Under the pieces are notes generated by a model, which was not told where the DNA came from, did not search any database, and saw only the letters and a program-made list of their open reading frames with translations. A stretch of 64,000 nt of DNA. Source: Candidatus Micrarchaeota archaeon. Lineage in GTDB: Archaea; Micrarchaeota; Micrarchaeia; Norongarragalinales; Norongarragalinaceae. A program made the position numbers and the translations under genes. Location: the NCBI GenBank assembly GCA_016207165.1, contig JACQQD010000009.1, forward strand, positions 96,001-160,000, given 5' to 3'. Below, piece by piece: positions 46,719 through 55,853 of the stretch (within the stretch, counting starts at the first letter, position 1; each line of letters opens with the position of its first letter).

Positions 46719-48362
46719 ATGGACGTAAAACTTTTGGGTTTGTTCTTGATTGGCGCATTGTTCATTGCCGGGTGCGTTACGACCCCCGATGGCCGACCGG
46801 CTCCGGAGGGCGTGCAAGTCACAAGCTCGCCCGCGTCACCGACGCCCAGCGGTTCAAGCAACGGCAACGCCCAAGTGCAGACCCGAAGCGCCCTGCGGGT
46901 TCCCCTGAACAACGACGGATCCCCCACGTTGGCGCAAAGCACGGTTCAAGTCCAGGGACAAGCCTTGGTGGAGTTCCGCGACGAGCAAAACGGGTACCGC
47001 ATCATGAAGCCCGGCGGCTGGCAAGCCGACATTTACGAGGACGCGTATTTGCTGGTCAGCCGGGACGCGGACACGGACGTCTTGGTTTGGCCCATCAAAC
47101 TCCAGGGCCAATACAAGAGCATGACGGGCGAGGGCTTGGGCAACTACTTGATTGGTTTGATCAAGCAGCAGTTCACCGACTTCACTCCGGAAAGCATCAG
47201 CGTCTCGCCGGACAAGTCCAGCATGCAAGTCATCGCGACGGTGAGCGTGGAAGGCACGAAACTGAAAGTCCAAATGAGCACGTTTGTGGACGAAAACGGA
47301 AACGGCATTCTGTCCGGGTATGAAGCCCGCGAAGAAGAATTCATCGCATTGGAGCCTTTGTTGCGCAGCATTGCCACTTCGTATCAACCCATCGTTACGT
47401 CGGCCACAAAAGCCGCTGTCGGTCCGGCGCCCACTCAACCCAGTGGGTTCGGCGGTGTCACCGGAGTCCAACTGGTTCCATTTACTTCCGGAGACGGTGC
47501 ATTTTCGTTCCAGTCGCCGGCTGGCTGGAAAGTGGAATCCCTGGGGCAATGCTCCACGAAATCCATGGCGGCCTACGACCCCCAAAACCCGGTTCGCCGC
47601 GTGTTTGCCATCGCATCCAACACGTACTCGTTGCCCGTTGACGGCGCCACGGCGGAAGGGGTGGCCACCGGAGGCCTGCCCGCCTTATCCCAATACGTGC
47701 CCGCTTTTGGAACAATGACCAACGTTCAAGTCACAGCAGGCACGAGGCAAGCCTATCCGGCCACGCAGGGAGTGCCGGGGATTGTCGACGCGGCCGTGTT
47801 TGAAGTCACCATGACCATCGATGGAAAGCCGGCCCGCGGACGCGTGGGCACGTACTTGCTGGATCCTTCAGGCGGATACTTCGGGTCAAGCGGGGTATAC
47901 TATTTGAGTTTGGCTGGCTCGTTTGCCGAACCCGAGGCCTTTGATTCCCTCATTGGCGTGGTTGACCCCTTGGAATCGCGTGGACCACTTGGGAAATCCG
48001 TGGGCACGTTTGAAATCAGCCAATCGTATGCCAACGCGTGCACGGCGTCCGGCCAAGCCGACATTTCGGCGCGAACCGGCGACATTTCCCGCACGCTTTC
48101 GGAAACCTCGGACATCATCACCGGAGGATACAACGAGCGTTCGCAGGTAACGGACCGCGTGGCGCAAAAGTGGTCGGACACCACGCTGGGCGTGGACCGC
48201 GTGTACAACCCGGACCGCGACGAAGTCTACCAGGTGCCCAACAACTTCTACGACGCGTACGACATCAACCGGCAGAAATTCGAGCAGCAAAACCTCCAGC
48301 CGCTCACCCCAGAGCAGTGGAACACGTACGCGCCCCTGGACGGGGCCCTGAACATTCGTTAA
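46719..48362 (+). CDS. large putative lipoprotein with PsbP-like repeats
   Basis: signal peptide plus IAGC lipobox, S/P linker, two F..D/S..G..I/F..P.GW motifs. Confidence 0.7.
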   Translation: MDVKLLGLFLIGALFIAGCVTTPDGRPAPEGVQVTSSPASPTPSGSSNGNAQVQTRSALRVPLNNDGSPTLAQSTVQVQGQALVEFRDEQNGYRIMKPGGWQADIYEDAYLLVSRDADTDVLVWPIKLQGQYKSMTGEGLGNYLIGLIKQQFTDFTPESISVSPDKSSMQVIATVSVEGTKLKVQMSTFVDENGNGILSGYEAREEEFIALEPLLRSIATSYQPIVTSATKAAVGPAPTQPSGFGGVTGVQLVPFTSGDGAFSFQSPAGWKVESLGQCSTKSMAAYDPQNPVRRVFAIASNTYSLPVDGATAEGVATGGLPALSQYVPAFGTMTNVQVTAGTRQAYPATQGVPGIVDAAVFEVTMTIDGKPARGRVGTYLLDPSGGYFGSSGVYYLSLAGSFAEPEAFDSLIGVVDPLESRGPLGKSVGTFEISQSYANACTASGQADISARTGDISRTLSETSDIITGGYNERSQVTDRVAQKWSDTTLGVDRVYNPDRDEVYQVPNNFYDAYDINRQKFEQQNLQPLTPEQWNTYAPLDGALNIR

Positions 48363-48392
48363 GGCGTCGTGTGAAGCAAAATGGGTTGGCCA

Positions 48393-48734
48393 ATGGTTAG
48401 TAATGAAAAGAGATCTGCTGGTCAGAACTTCGATGCCGAATTAAAGCTCCTTCGATACCTTGCCGAGAATTCCACTACACAACTCACTGAAGAGTTAATT
48501 TACGCTCATTGCGACAACCGAGCGGATGTAGAAGAGCTGATAATTCGGGGACTAATCATCGAGAAACCGGTACGGTACGATGATAAAGTAAAAAAGTACT
48601 ACAAAATCAGTTCAGAAGGATATCGATTCGTAAAAGAAGAAGAGAACCGCGAACAAAATAAACGCATACTCATTATCGCAGGACTCACACTGCTTGTTTC
48701 AATTCTTGGATTGATTGTTGCCGCGCTTAAGTAA
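48393..48734 (+). CDS. small AT-rich protein, winged-helix-like with C-terminal TM
   Basis: LIIRGLI...YYKISSEGYRFV, then hydrophobic ILIIAGLTLLVSILGLIVAAL. Confidence 0.6.
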   Translation: MVSNEKRSAGQNFDAELKLLRYLAENSTTQLTEELIYAHCDNRADVEELIIRGLIIEKPVRYDDKVKKYYKISSEGYRFVKEEENREQNKRILIIAGLTLLVSILGLIVAALK

Positions 48735-48739
48735 CAAGT

Positions 48740-50161
48740 TTACTCAATTCTCCGAATGATTCCCTTCTCGGCGTCGACTTCCACGAGGTCGCCGGTCTTA
48801 AACACGCGAGTAGCCATTTTGGCGCCCACGATGCAGGGCTTGCCGAATTCGCGGGCAATCACGGAGGCGTGGCTGGACACGCCGCCTTCGTCAGCCACCA
48901 CCGCCGCCGCGCGTTGGACCAAGGCCGCGTGACCGGGTTGCGTCATGGTCGTGATGAGTACGTCGCCGTCTTGAAACGCCGACTCGTCCTTGATGAGTTG
49001 TTCCATGCCCGCCACGTGAAGCACGTACGCCTTGCCGCGGGCCATGCCGGGGTTGGCCACGAATCCGGATACTTCGGAAACCGTCAAAACCGCGTCCAAA
49101 CCCATTTTGTTTCGCAACGCGTCAGCGGACTCACCGGTCAACAACTGGGTTTGGCCGTCGCGCCGCCAAACCGCGTACCCTTGTTTTCGTTCACGGATGA
49201 CGGTAGCATCCGGAATCTTGTTTTCCAACAAGGCCGACCGAAAGTCGTCGAGTGTGTACGCGTACAACAAGTCGTTCAACGGAGTCGTGGTGCGCCGCGC
49301 GATTTCAGCGTATAGGGATTGGAAACGCCATTCCGCACCCGCCCACGCGTTTTTTAGGGCCAAGCGCTCGTGGCCGAGGCGTTGGAGGAGCTTAAGGACG
49401 TCCACGGTTTGAGAATCCAGTTGCGCGAAGGCGTTCGCCTGTTTTTCCTTCAATTCGTTTCGATGCGCTTGGATTTGGTCCAACTGCGTTTGTAGGGTTT
49501 GCGTGTCTTGTTCTTGGCGGACGCGGGCGTGAAGCGATTCCAGCACTTTTCCGCGGGCAAACGTCTGGTAGAACATCCACGCGTGCTTTTGCGCGTGGGC
49601 TTCCAATTGCGCGTCGGAGGCAACTTGTTTCGCCAGGGAAATAATGTCCGAAAGTTCGTCGTCCACGATGTCGGGTTGCGTGGGGCTAGTCAGTTCGGAG
49701 AAGGATTTCTCGGAGTCAAACGCGGTGCCTTTCAATCCCGCTTTGGCTTTCTTGACCAAGGCGTGGGTGCCGGCTTCCTGGGTGGCGGAGAAAATCGTGC
49801 CGATTCGGCGGATGTGGCGGCACATGCCGTCCAGCGTTTCCCAAAGAAAAGCGTTGGAGGCGTCCGAAAGCGGTTGTTCTTTAAACGCGTTGGAAAGCTC
49901 GGCCAAGTCCTGGCACGCGGACGCGGATTCACTTAAAATGCGTTCTTGGACGCCCGGCTGCAACCATGTTGAGCTCATGGCCTGCCATTCCGAAAGCATG
50001 GCGCTTGACGCGTAGGCGGCCACGGTCTGGGGGTTGCCGAACACGACGTAGTCCACGCGTTGGGGTTGACCAAACGCGTAGGGACCGTAAGTCAAAACCG
50101 AGCGGTCGTGGATGGAGAAAAACGTGTGGGCTTCCGACCACTGGAATTCGTAGGGTTCCAT
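48740..50161 (-). CDS. PEP-utilising-enzyme mobile (phospho-His) domain protein
   Basis: C-terminal GDVLITTMT, DEGGVSSHASVIAREFGKPCIVG, VEVDAEKG; start re-assigned to ATG 50161 because the longer ORF overlaps the tRNA. Confidence 0.85.
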   Translation of the reverse strand: MEPYEFQWSEAHTFFSIHDRSVLTYGPYAFGQPQRVDYVVFGNPQTVAAYASSAMLSEWQAMSSTWLQPGVQERILSESASACQDLAELSNAFKEQPLSDASNAFLWETLDGMCRHIRRIGTIFSATQEAGTHALVKKAKAGLKGTAFDSEKSFSELTSPTQPDIVDDELSDIISLAKQVASDAQLEAHAQKHAWMFYQTFARGKVLESLHARVRQEQDTQTLQTQLDQIQAHRNELKEKQANAFAQLDSQTVDVLKLLQRLGHERLALKNAWAGAEWRFQSLYAEIARRTTTPLNDLLYAYTLDDFRSALLENKIPDATVIRERKQGYAVWRRDGQTQLLTGESADALRNKMGLDAVLTVSEVSGFVANPGMARGKAYVLHVAGMEQLIKDESAFQDGDVLITTMTQPGHAALVQRAAAVVADEGGVSSHASVIAREFGKPCIVGAKMATRVFKTGDLVEVDAEKGIIRRIE

Positions 50162-50224
50162 CCTGGCCTGAAAAGGAAGTTCGGGCTTGATATGGGTTTT
50201 GGAATATTGCCCGGGGTGGATGAG

Positions 50225-50350
50225 GACGAGGGCGGGGATTTGAACCCCGGTCTGCGGATTTCCGTTCCGAACCCGTCGCCGTTGGCAGGCAACGGCGACT
50301 TCGCTCAGAACCACAGTCCACTATCCTGACCAAGCTAGACGACCCTCGTC
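50225..50350 (-). tRNA. tRNA-His(GUG) with encoded G-1 and a 51-nt intron (50260-50310) at position 37/38
   Basis: G-ACGAGGG/CCCTCGT-C acceptor stem, GTGGA/TCCGC anticodon stem, CT-GTG-GA loop, CGGGG-TTCAAAT-CCCCG T-arm, BHB motif. Confidence 0.93.
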
Positions 50351-50400
50351 ACAAAGAGAAAATGATTTTGGGTGAGTCCATTTTTCAAGCTTTGGTTTTC

Positions 50401-52176
50401 TTATTCTTTCGCTTCTTTGTTCAGGCCGCGTTCGTCGTCATCGAATTCGATGAGGTCAACTGGTTTTTTCCGGAAGCCTTTGCGGGAGAACCACTCGGTG
50501 GCAAACAACAACGCCAAAAGCGCGATGACGCCCAAAGGCAGAAGAATCGGGTTGTCGGGAAATGCCACCAAGCCCGTGATGGGCACCTGGGTGGTGTTCG
50601 AGGATTCAGGCGTTGCCGTTGTTACGGGTAGGGATGGAAGGGGAGCCGGAGTGGCGATTGGAGTGGATGTGCTGGATCCGACCAGTGTCCCCAAGCGTTG
50701 CATGATCGCGTCAATGGACAGGTCGGCTTGGCTGGAAGCGGCTGGCTGGGAGGACGCCTGCGTCGGCTCCGGTTGCGTGGACACGTCTTGAAGCCGGACG
50801 TCGATGGACAACTCGAAAATCGGGGTTTGGACCGTGGTTTGCGCGTTGGCGTCCGCGCCGGTGGCTTGGAAGTAGGCTTTGCAGTTTGCGGCGTACGGTG
50901 GCGACTGGATGACCCAGTCGGTGACGGAGGGCGCGTCCGCCAACCGGCCGACGAATTGGCTGGACAAGCCAATCAATTCACAGCCCTCGCTGACATCCAG
51001 TAAAGCCACGGTGGTGTTTTGGGACGCGGCTTGCCCGTCGTTGAAAAGGAATAATTCCACGCGCTTGGATTGGGAGGCGTCCAGTTGCAAGGGTTCGGCT
51101 TGCAGGCGCAGGGTTGCCGGTCGTTGGACGTCCACGGCCACGGGCGCGGAAATTACGTTTTGGAAGAGGCCTTGGGTTTGTTCGACGAACTTGCCCGTCA
51201 CGCGCAAGTCTTTGGTTCCTTCTGGAAGCCGTGTGGGGGCAAACAGGACCGGCTGGGTTTCGCCAGGGCCCAACGTGGTGAAGAAAGCGCTTTGGACGGG
51301 GTTCTGGCCTGCGTTGAGCGTTAAATTGACGTCGCGGGCCGAAGTCTCGCCGGTGTTCTGGACGTGGACGCCTATGGTGACGAACTCGTTGGCGGAATAC
51401 GTGGTGCGGGACGGCGGAACCAGGCGCAACGAAAGAGCGGCGGGGTTGAGGACCACTACCCGTCTGGAAATAGAGCGCGTCACGGGTTGCCCGTTGTTGG
51501 CGTCGGAGCCTAAGACGTCAAAGGCGACGTCCAAGGCGTCGGCGCGTTGCGGGGGCGTAACGTTCAGGAGAACGCGTTGGGTTTCGTTCGCGCGCAAGGT
51601 GAATGCGCCGGAGGGAGAAGCAACGAAGGGCAAAGACACGTCCACGGCATTGGAAAAGCCGCGTACTTGGAGGTGGACGTCTTGGGCAGTGGCCTGGCCG
51701 GTATTGATGACGGTGAGTTCAACGGGGTTGGAAAGTCCCGTCAGCCAGGAACCCGCGGTGTTTGATTCCACGGAAAGTTGGGACGGGTTTTGCACGTCGA
51801 AAACCACTGACGCGTTGGACGCCAAAGGCCCTTTCGGCGGGTACGCCAAAACGATGAACGAGTACGGGCCCGGCGTGGCGGGGGCGCGGGTGCTTAAACC
51901 GATAAATCCAGCGGCCAAAAAGTTGGTGCATGGAGCCGGACACGCGCAGTGCACGCGGCGCTGGGTGTCGGCGTTCTTGAACCAGTCCACGGGACAGGAA
52001 AAATCGTTGGGGCTGGCTTGCTGCCAGTTTTCGGGAAAGTACACGAAGACGCTGGAAACGGGTTGGGTGGCGGAAAAGGGAAACGAGAGGTTTGCGGCTT
52101 GTTGGGTGGTCAACGTCGAGGCGGAAACCGCGCTGGCGAAAAACACGAAGGCAAAGAGAAACGCAGGATACTTCAT
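50401..52176 (-). CDS. membrane-anchored surface protein with Ig/CARDB-like repeats
   Basis: signal peptide, repeated V.NTG...A.DV motifs, S/T/P linker, C-terminal TM and charged tail. Confidence 0.75.
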   Translation of the reverse strand: MKYPAFLFAFVFFASAVSASTLTTQQAANLSFPFSATQPVSSVFVYFPENWQQASPNDFSCPVDWFKNADTQRRVHCACPAPCTNFLAAGFIGLSTRAPATPGPYSFIVLAYPPKGPLASNASVVFDVQNPSQLSVESNTAGSWLTGLSNPVELTVINTGQATAQDVHLQVRGFSNAVDVSLPFVASPSGAFTLRANETQRVLLNVTPPQRADALDVAFDVLGSDANNGQPVTRSISRRVVVLNPAALSLRLVPPSRTTYSANEFVTIGVHVQNTGETSARDVNLTLNAGQNPVQSAFFTTLGPGETQPVLFAPTRLPEGTKDLRVTGKFVEQTQGLFQNVISAPVAVDVQRPATLRLQAEPLQLDASQSKRVELFLFNDGQAASQNTTVALLDVSEGCELIGLSSQFVGRLADAPSVTDWVIQSPPYAANCKAYFQATGADANAQTTVQTPIFELSIDVRLQDVSTQPEPTQASSQPAASSQADLSIDAIMQRLGTLVGSSTSTPIATPAPLPSLPVTTATPESSNTTQVPITGLVAFPDNPILLPLGVIALLALLFATEWFSRKGFRKKPVDLIEFDDDERGLNKEAKE

Positions 52177-52232
52177 TTCGCACAAGTAACGCCCAGGGAA
52201 GTATTTATAGCCGGTGTCGGTAAGTTTGACGC

Positions 52233-53153
52233 ATGGCGGAATGGGAGTGGCTTTGGTTCGGCGTGTCCATCGCCGTCATCGGATTTGCATTGGTTCGGTC
52301 CCTGCGCGGTTCCGGCCAGCACAACCCTTCCTTTTTTTTGTGGTCCATGCTGTTGGCCGTCTTGTTGGCTGAAGCGGGGGTCCGATTGATCGGCGCGCCG
52401 GAGTCCACGCTTCTGAACGCCTACCGCGTCGTGTTGGTGTTCGGTTTTCTCGCCATTTTTTTGACGTTTCACTACTGGAAAAGCCAGGCGGCTTGGTTGT
52501 ATGACGCCAAATCCAGTTTGCAGGGATTTTTCTCGTATTACTTGAGTCCCAAAGTCATCCAGGACTTGGTGTCCCGAGGCCACGTGCCGTTGGGCGGCAA
52601 GCGCCGGGACGTGACGGTGTTGGTCACCGACGTCCGCAATTCCACGAAGTTGGCGTTGGATTACCCGGCGGAGAAAGTCGTCAAATCACTGAATGCCTAC
52701 TTTGAGCTGGCCTCCCAGTCCGTGGCCCGCCATGGCGGGGTGGTGGACAAAATCACCGGCGACGGAGTCATGGCCGTATTCAACGCACTGAACGTTTTGC
52801 CGGACCACACCATGAAGGCGTTTTACGCCGCCGCGGAAATCCAGCAGGCCATGCCGGCGCTCAACGAGAAGCTGCGCAACCGCGGGCTTCCGGTTTTATC
52901 GGCAGGAGCCGGCATTGACGCGGGTGACGCCGTGGTCGGCAACATCGGCTCGCGGCACATGGTGCGCTTTACGGTGATTGGCGACGTGGCCAATACCGCT
53001 AACCGAGTTCAGGAAGCGGCCAAGGACGGGCAAGTGGTGTTGACGGAGGCGGCGTACCGCCGCGTGGCCGGGCACGTCAAGGGTTCGGGCCCAAAAACCG
53101 TGATGGCCAAAAACAAGGGACCGGTTTCCGTGTACGTGGTGAACGTGGTTTGA
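52233..53153 (+). CDS. membrane-bound class III adenylate/guanylate cyclase
   Basis: three N-terminal TM helices; VTVLVTDVRNST, DKITGDGVMAVF, VGNIGS, FTVIGDVANTANRVQ. Confidence 0.92.
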   Translation: MAEWEWLWFGVSIAVIGFALVRSLRGSGQHNPSFFLWSMLLAVLLAEAGVRLIGAPESTLLNAYRVVLVFGFLAIFLTFHYWKSQAAWLYDAKSSLQGFFSYYLSPKVIQDLVSRGHVPLGGKRRDVTVLVTDVRNSTKLALDYPAEKVVKSLNAYFELASQSVARHGGVVDKITGDGVMAVFNALNVLPDHTMKAFYAAAEIQQAMPALNEKLRNRGLPVLSAGAGIDAGDAVVGNIGSRHMVRFTVIGDVANTANRVQEAAKDGQVVLTEAAYRRVAGHVKGSGPKTVMAKNKGPVSVYVVNVV

Positions 53154-53155
53154 AG

Positions 53156-53920
53156 ATGACGTCCAATTCAAGGGGGCGGCTTGGACGAAAAGTAAGTTAC
53201 GCCGCCGTGTTCCGCCGCATGCGGGCCCGCTTGTCGGAAAAAGACCGGCAGGCGGACCAAGAGTATGGCCGCGTGTTTCAGGAAGCCCGGCTGAGAGTCC
53301 GCACCGACTTGAAAAACTTGGACGGCCATTTGCATTATCACAGCATGTACCACACCGAAGACGTGGTTCAAACCGCGGAAAGGCTGGCACGCCTCGCACA
53401 ACAAAAAGGGCAATTGTCGGAGCGGGACGTGTGGCTCATCAAGTTTGCCGCGCTGTTTCACGACCACGGGTTTTTGTCCGGCGTGTACCAGGACAACGAG
53501 GCGTTGGGCGCTCAGGCGGCGGAGGAACACCTCCGCGGCGCGTTATCGGATGAAGACGTCGGCATCATTAAAGCCGCCATCATGGATACGCAGCTCCGGG
53601 AGCACGGCGGGTACCCCGTGAAAGTGCAGAAACCGGCGACCCTTCACGGCAAATACTTGTGCGATGCGGACGTGGCAAGCTTAGGCCGAAATGATTACCA
53701 CCGGCTCAACATGAAATTGTACGCGGAACTCCAGGAGAAAAATCGGCTGCAGAGCCAAACGGGCCGCCAGCCATTGGAGGCCTTTTTGGAGCGAAGCATC
53801 CATTTCCTCAAGGCGCATGTGTGGCACACGGAAGCGGCGGAAAGCCAGTACGGAGTCCAGAAACTAGTCAACCTGCGCGGGGTTCAAAAGCAATTGGAGC
53901 GCCTCAAAAGCGCCGCCTGA
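53156..53920 (+). CDS. HD-domain phosphohydrolase (cyclic-nucleotide PDE-like)
   Basis: YHSMYHTEDV, AALFHDHG, NEALGA, LCDADVASLG. Confidence 0.82.
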   Translation: MTSNSRGRLGRKVSYAAVFRRMRARLSEKDRQADQEYGRVFQEARLRVRTDLKNLDGHLHYHSMYHTEDVVQTAERLARLAQQKGQLSERDVWLIKFAALFHDHGFLSGVYQDNEALGAQAAEEHLRGALSDEDVGIIKAAIMDTQLREHGGYPVKVQKPATLHGKYLCDADVASLGRNDYHRLNMKLYAELQEKNRLQSQTGRQPLEAFLERSIHFLKAHVWHTEAAESQYGVQKLVNLRGVQKQLERLKSAA

Positions 53921-53934
53921 ACGTACGGGCCACG

Positions 53935-55794
53935 CTAAGGGGCTCGCTCGAATTTGGGCTCCCTTCGCTTCGAAAGGATGAGGCCGAGGCCGGTGGTGGG
54001 GCCCGCATACCCTTTGTAGACTTCCATCAAGTGTTCGTCCTGGATTTTCATGGCCGCGGCGAACACGTCGGGATCGAAATGCCCGCCTTGAGTGAATTCG
54101 TGCATGAGGCCGCGCACGCGCTCCCAGGAAAACTGGCGCTTGCCGTATGGAACGCCCTTGACTTTCTTCATGCGGCGGATGTAGTCACGCTCCGTCAAAA
54201 ACGCGTCCATGACGTCGGCCATGGCGATGATGCGGGCCACCAACGGAATGTCGGTGCCGGCCAACCCGTCTGGGTAGCCTTTTCCGTCCCATCGCTCGTG
54301 GTGGTGCCGCGCGCCGTTGCGCACGGTTTCGCTGGGCCGGTGAAGCTTCAACTCGTTGTCGGAGTGGACGGGATGTTCCTTGATTTTCTCGAATTCCTCG
54401 TAAGCCAACAAGTCTTTTTTCCTCAGGAGTTCACCGGGTATGCTCAGCTTTCCGACGTCGTGAAGCAACGCCGCCATTTTGAACGCGTCGATGCGTCTCC
54501 GGCTGAACAACTCAACGCCGTGGCGCTCCACGTGGTCGGCGTTCATGATCCGGGCAATGAGTTCTGAGAGCGCCGCCACGCGTTCCGAGTGGCCCCGGGT
54601 GTACTCGTCGTGGTCTTCCAGGTCCTTCATACGGGAAATCAAGCCGGCGTGGCGCCCGAATCGGATTTCCATGTTCCGCCACAAGTCCAGCACGGGCCGG
54701 TTCAATCGGGCTTGGCGGGCAATCTTATGCATCTCGTCAAATGCCACCGCCGGAAGCGGCGTGTCCTTGTAGAAGTGAAATGACGCCAAATGGGGGGCCT
54801 CCGGGAGGGCGATGTCATCCTCGTATTCGTCGCGCAATTCAGGGGAAAAATGGCCGAGGTGGATGTCTCCTTCCGTGCAGGGCGTGTAACCCATGGCCTC
54901 GTCAATGAATCGCTGGCGCTGGATTTGATTCGGAAAATTCACGGTAAGGTGGGGTGCCGGCGTGCCATCGGGGTGCTGGTTTCCTTCCATGCCTAAATGC
55001 AGGCGCAAGGCGCGATACGTTCCGTGTTCGTCCAACCGCATGACCGGCAACGCGCGTACGTTTCGCCCCGTGCCGTCAATCAGGCTGACATACTTCAAAT
55101 AATCCACGCCAGGGTCGTCCTTTTGGCTGCCGACTTGATAAGGATCCGGTCGGCTGATCATGGCCAGGGTTGACGAGCCCCGGAGAGGGCCTTCACCGGG
55201 TTGTGGCGGACGCATCTTAAGATGGGGGTCGTGAAGTTCCCGTGCCGTTGGACGCCGGCCTTCCACGTAGGCGTTGTGCATGTACCAGGCCAAGGCATGC
55301 GCGGCCCGGCCTGGCGAAGCTTCACGCTCCATGGCGTGGGCCAACGCGGAAACATCGGGTTGCCGAAGCGGGGGAATCGTGTTTTCCTCGATTACGGCGG
55401 TGGCCAACTGTTTGATCTGGGGCCTGCGTCGTGCGTGAAGGGCGTACGGCTGGATGCGGTATCTCTGTAGGCCGTCGCGAATGGCTCGTTGGTCCGCGTC
55501 GGAAAATTCGCCGTGAATGATCAACGGATTTCCAAACCCGTGGCTGACGCGCTCATCCCGCTCATTTAAACCAATGGATTGCGCCATGGCCTGGTGAACG
55601 CGCTGCATGAACGCCGACATGGATTCCTCGGCTTCGCGTTGCACGTGAATGGGGTAAACGCCCAGTTGCTTGAAGACTTCCTCCGATAAAACGCCTGGAA
55701 CTTGCGTGGGCTTTTGCTCGTTGAAAACCACGGCCGAAGGGCGAACGGCAATTCGCTTGAGCCTCTGAGGCACCGGCCGAGCCTTGTAGGGCAT
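53935..55794 (-). CDS. HD-GYP domain protein with a long unknown N-terminus
   Basis: YTRGHSERVA, ALLHDVGK, HHHERWDGKGYPDGL, ARIIAMADVMDA, HFDP. Confidence 0.9.
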   Translation of the reverse strand: MPYKARPVPQRLKRIAVRPSAVVFNEQKPTQVPGVLSEEVFKQLGVYPIHVQREAEESMSAFMQRVHQAMAQSIGLNERDERVSHGFGNPLIIHGEFSDADQRAIRDGLQRYRIQPYALHARRRPQIKQLATAVIEENTIPPLRQPDVSALAHAMEREASPGRAAHALAWYMHNAYVEGRRPTARELHDPHLKMRPPQPGEGPLRGSSTLAMISRPDPYQVGSQKDDPGVDYLKYVSLIDGTGRNVRALPVMRLDEHGTYRALRLHLGMEGNQHPDGTPAPHLTVNFPNQIQRQRFIDEAMGYTPCTEGDIHLGHFSPELRDEYEDDIALPEAPHLASFHFYKDTPLPAVAFDEMHKIARQARLNRPVLDLWRNMEIRFGRHAGLISRMKDLEDHDEYTRGHSERVAALSELIARIMNADHVERHGVELFSRRRIDAFKMAALLHDVGKLSIPGELLRKKDLLAYEEFEKIKEHPVHSDNELKLHRPSETVRNGARHHHERWDGKGYPDGLAGTDIPLVARIIAMADVMDAFLTERDYIRRMKKVKGVPYGKRQFSWERVRGLMHEFTQGGHFDPDVFAAAMKIQDEHLMEVYKGYAGPTTGLGLILSKRREPKFERAP

Positions 55795-55853
55795 AGAGTA
55801 GCATTGGGGTGAAAAGGAATTTAAGTCCTTTTGCCTGTCCTATCCTTCAACAC

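Noticed and set aside
46680-50225. tRNA-His-anchored genomic island
   Set aside because: No integrase and no duplicated tRNA 3' end were found by eye
50162-50314. N-terminal extension of the 524-aa ORF
   Set aside because: It overlaps the tRNA-His gene; ATG 50161 is the plausible start
52233-53920. Canonical Pycsar or CBASS defence system
   Set aside because: The cyclase is membrane-bound with adenine-type specificity residues, and no cNMP-binding, TIR or TM effector gene is adjacent
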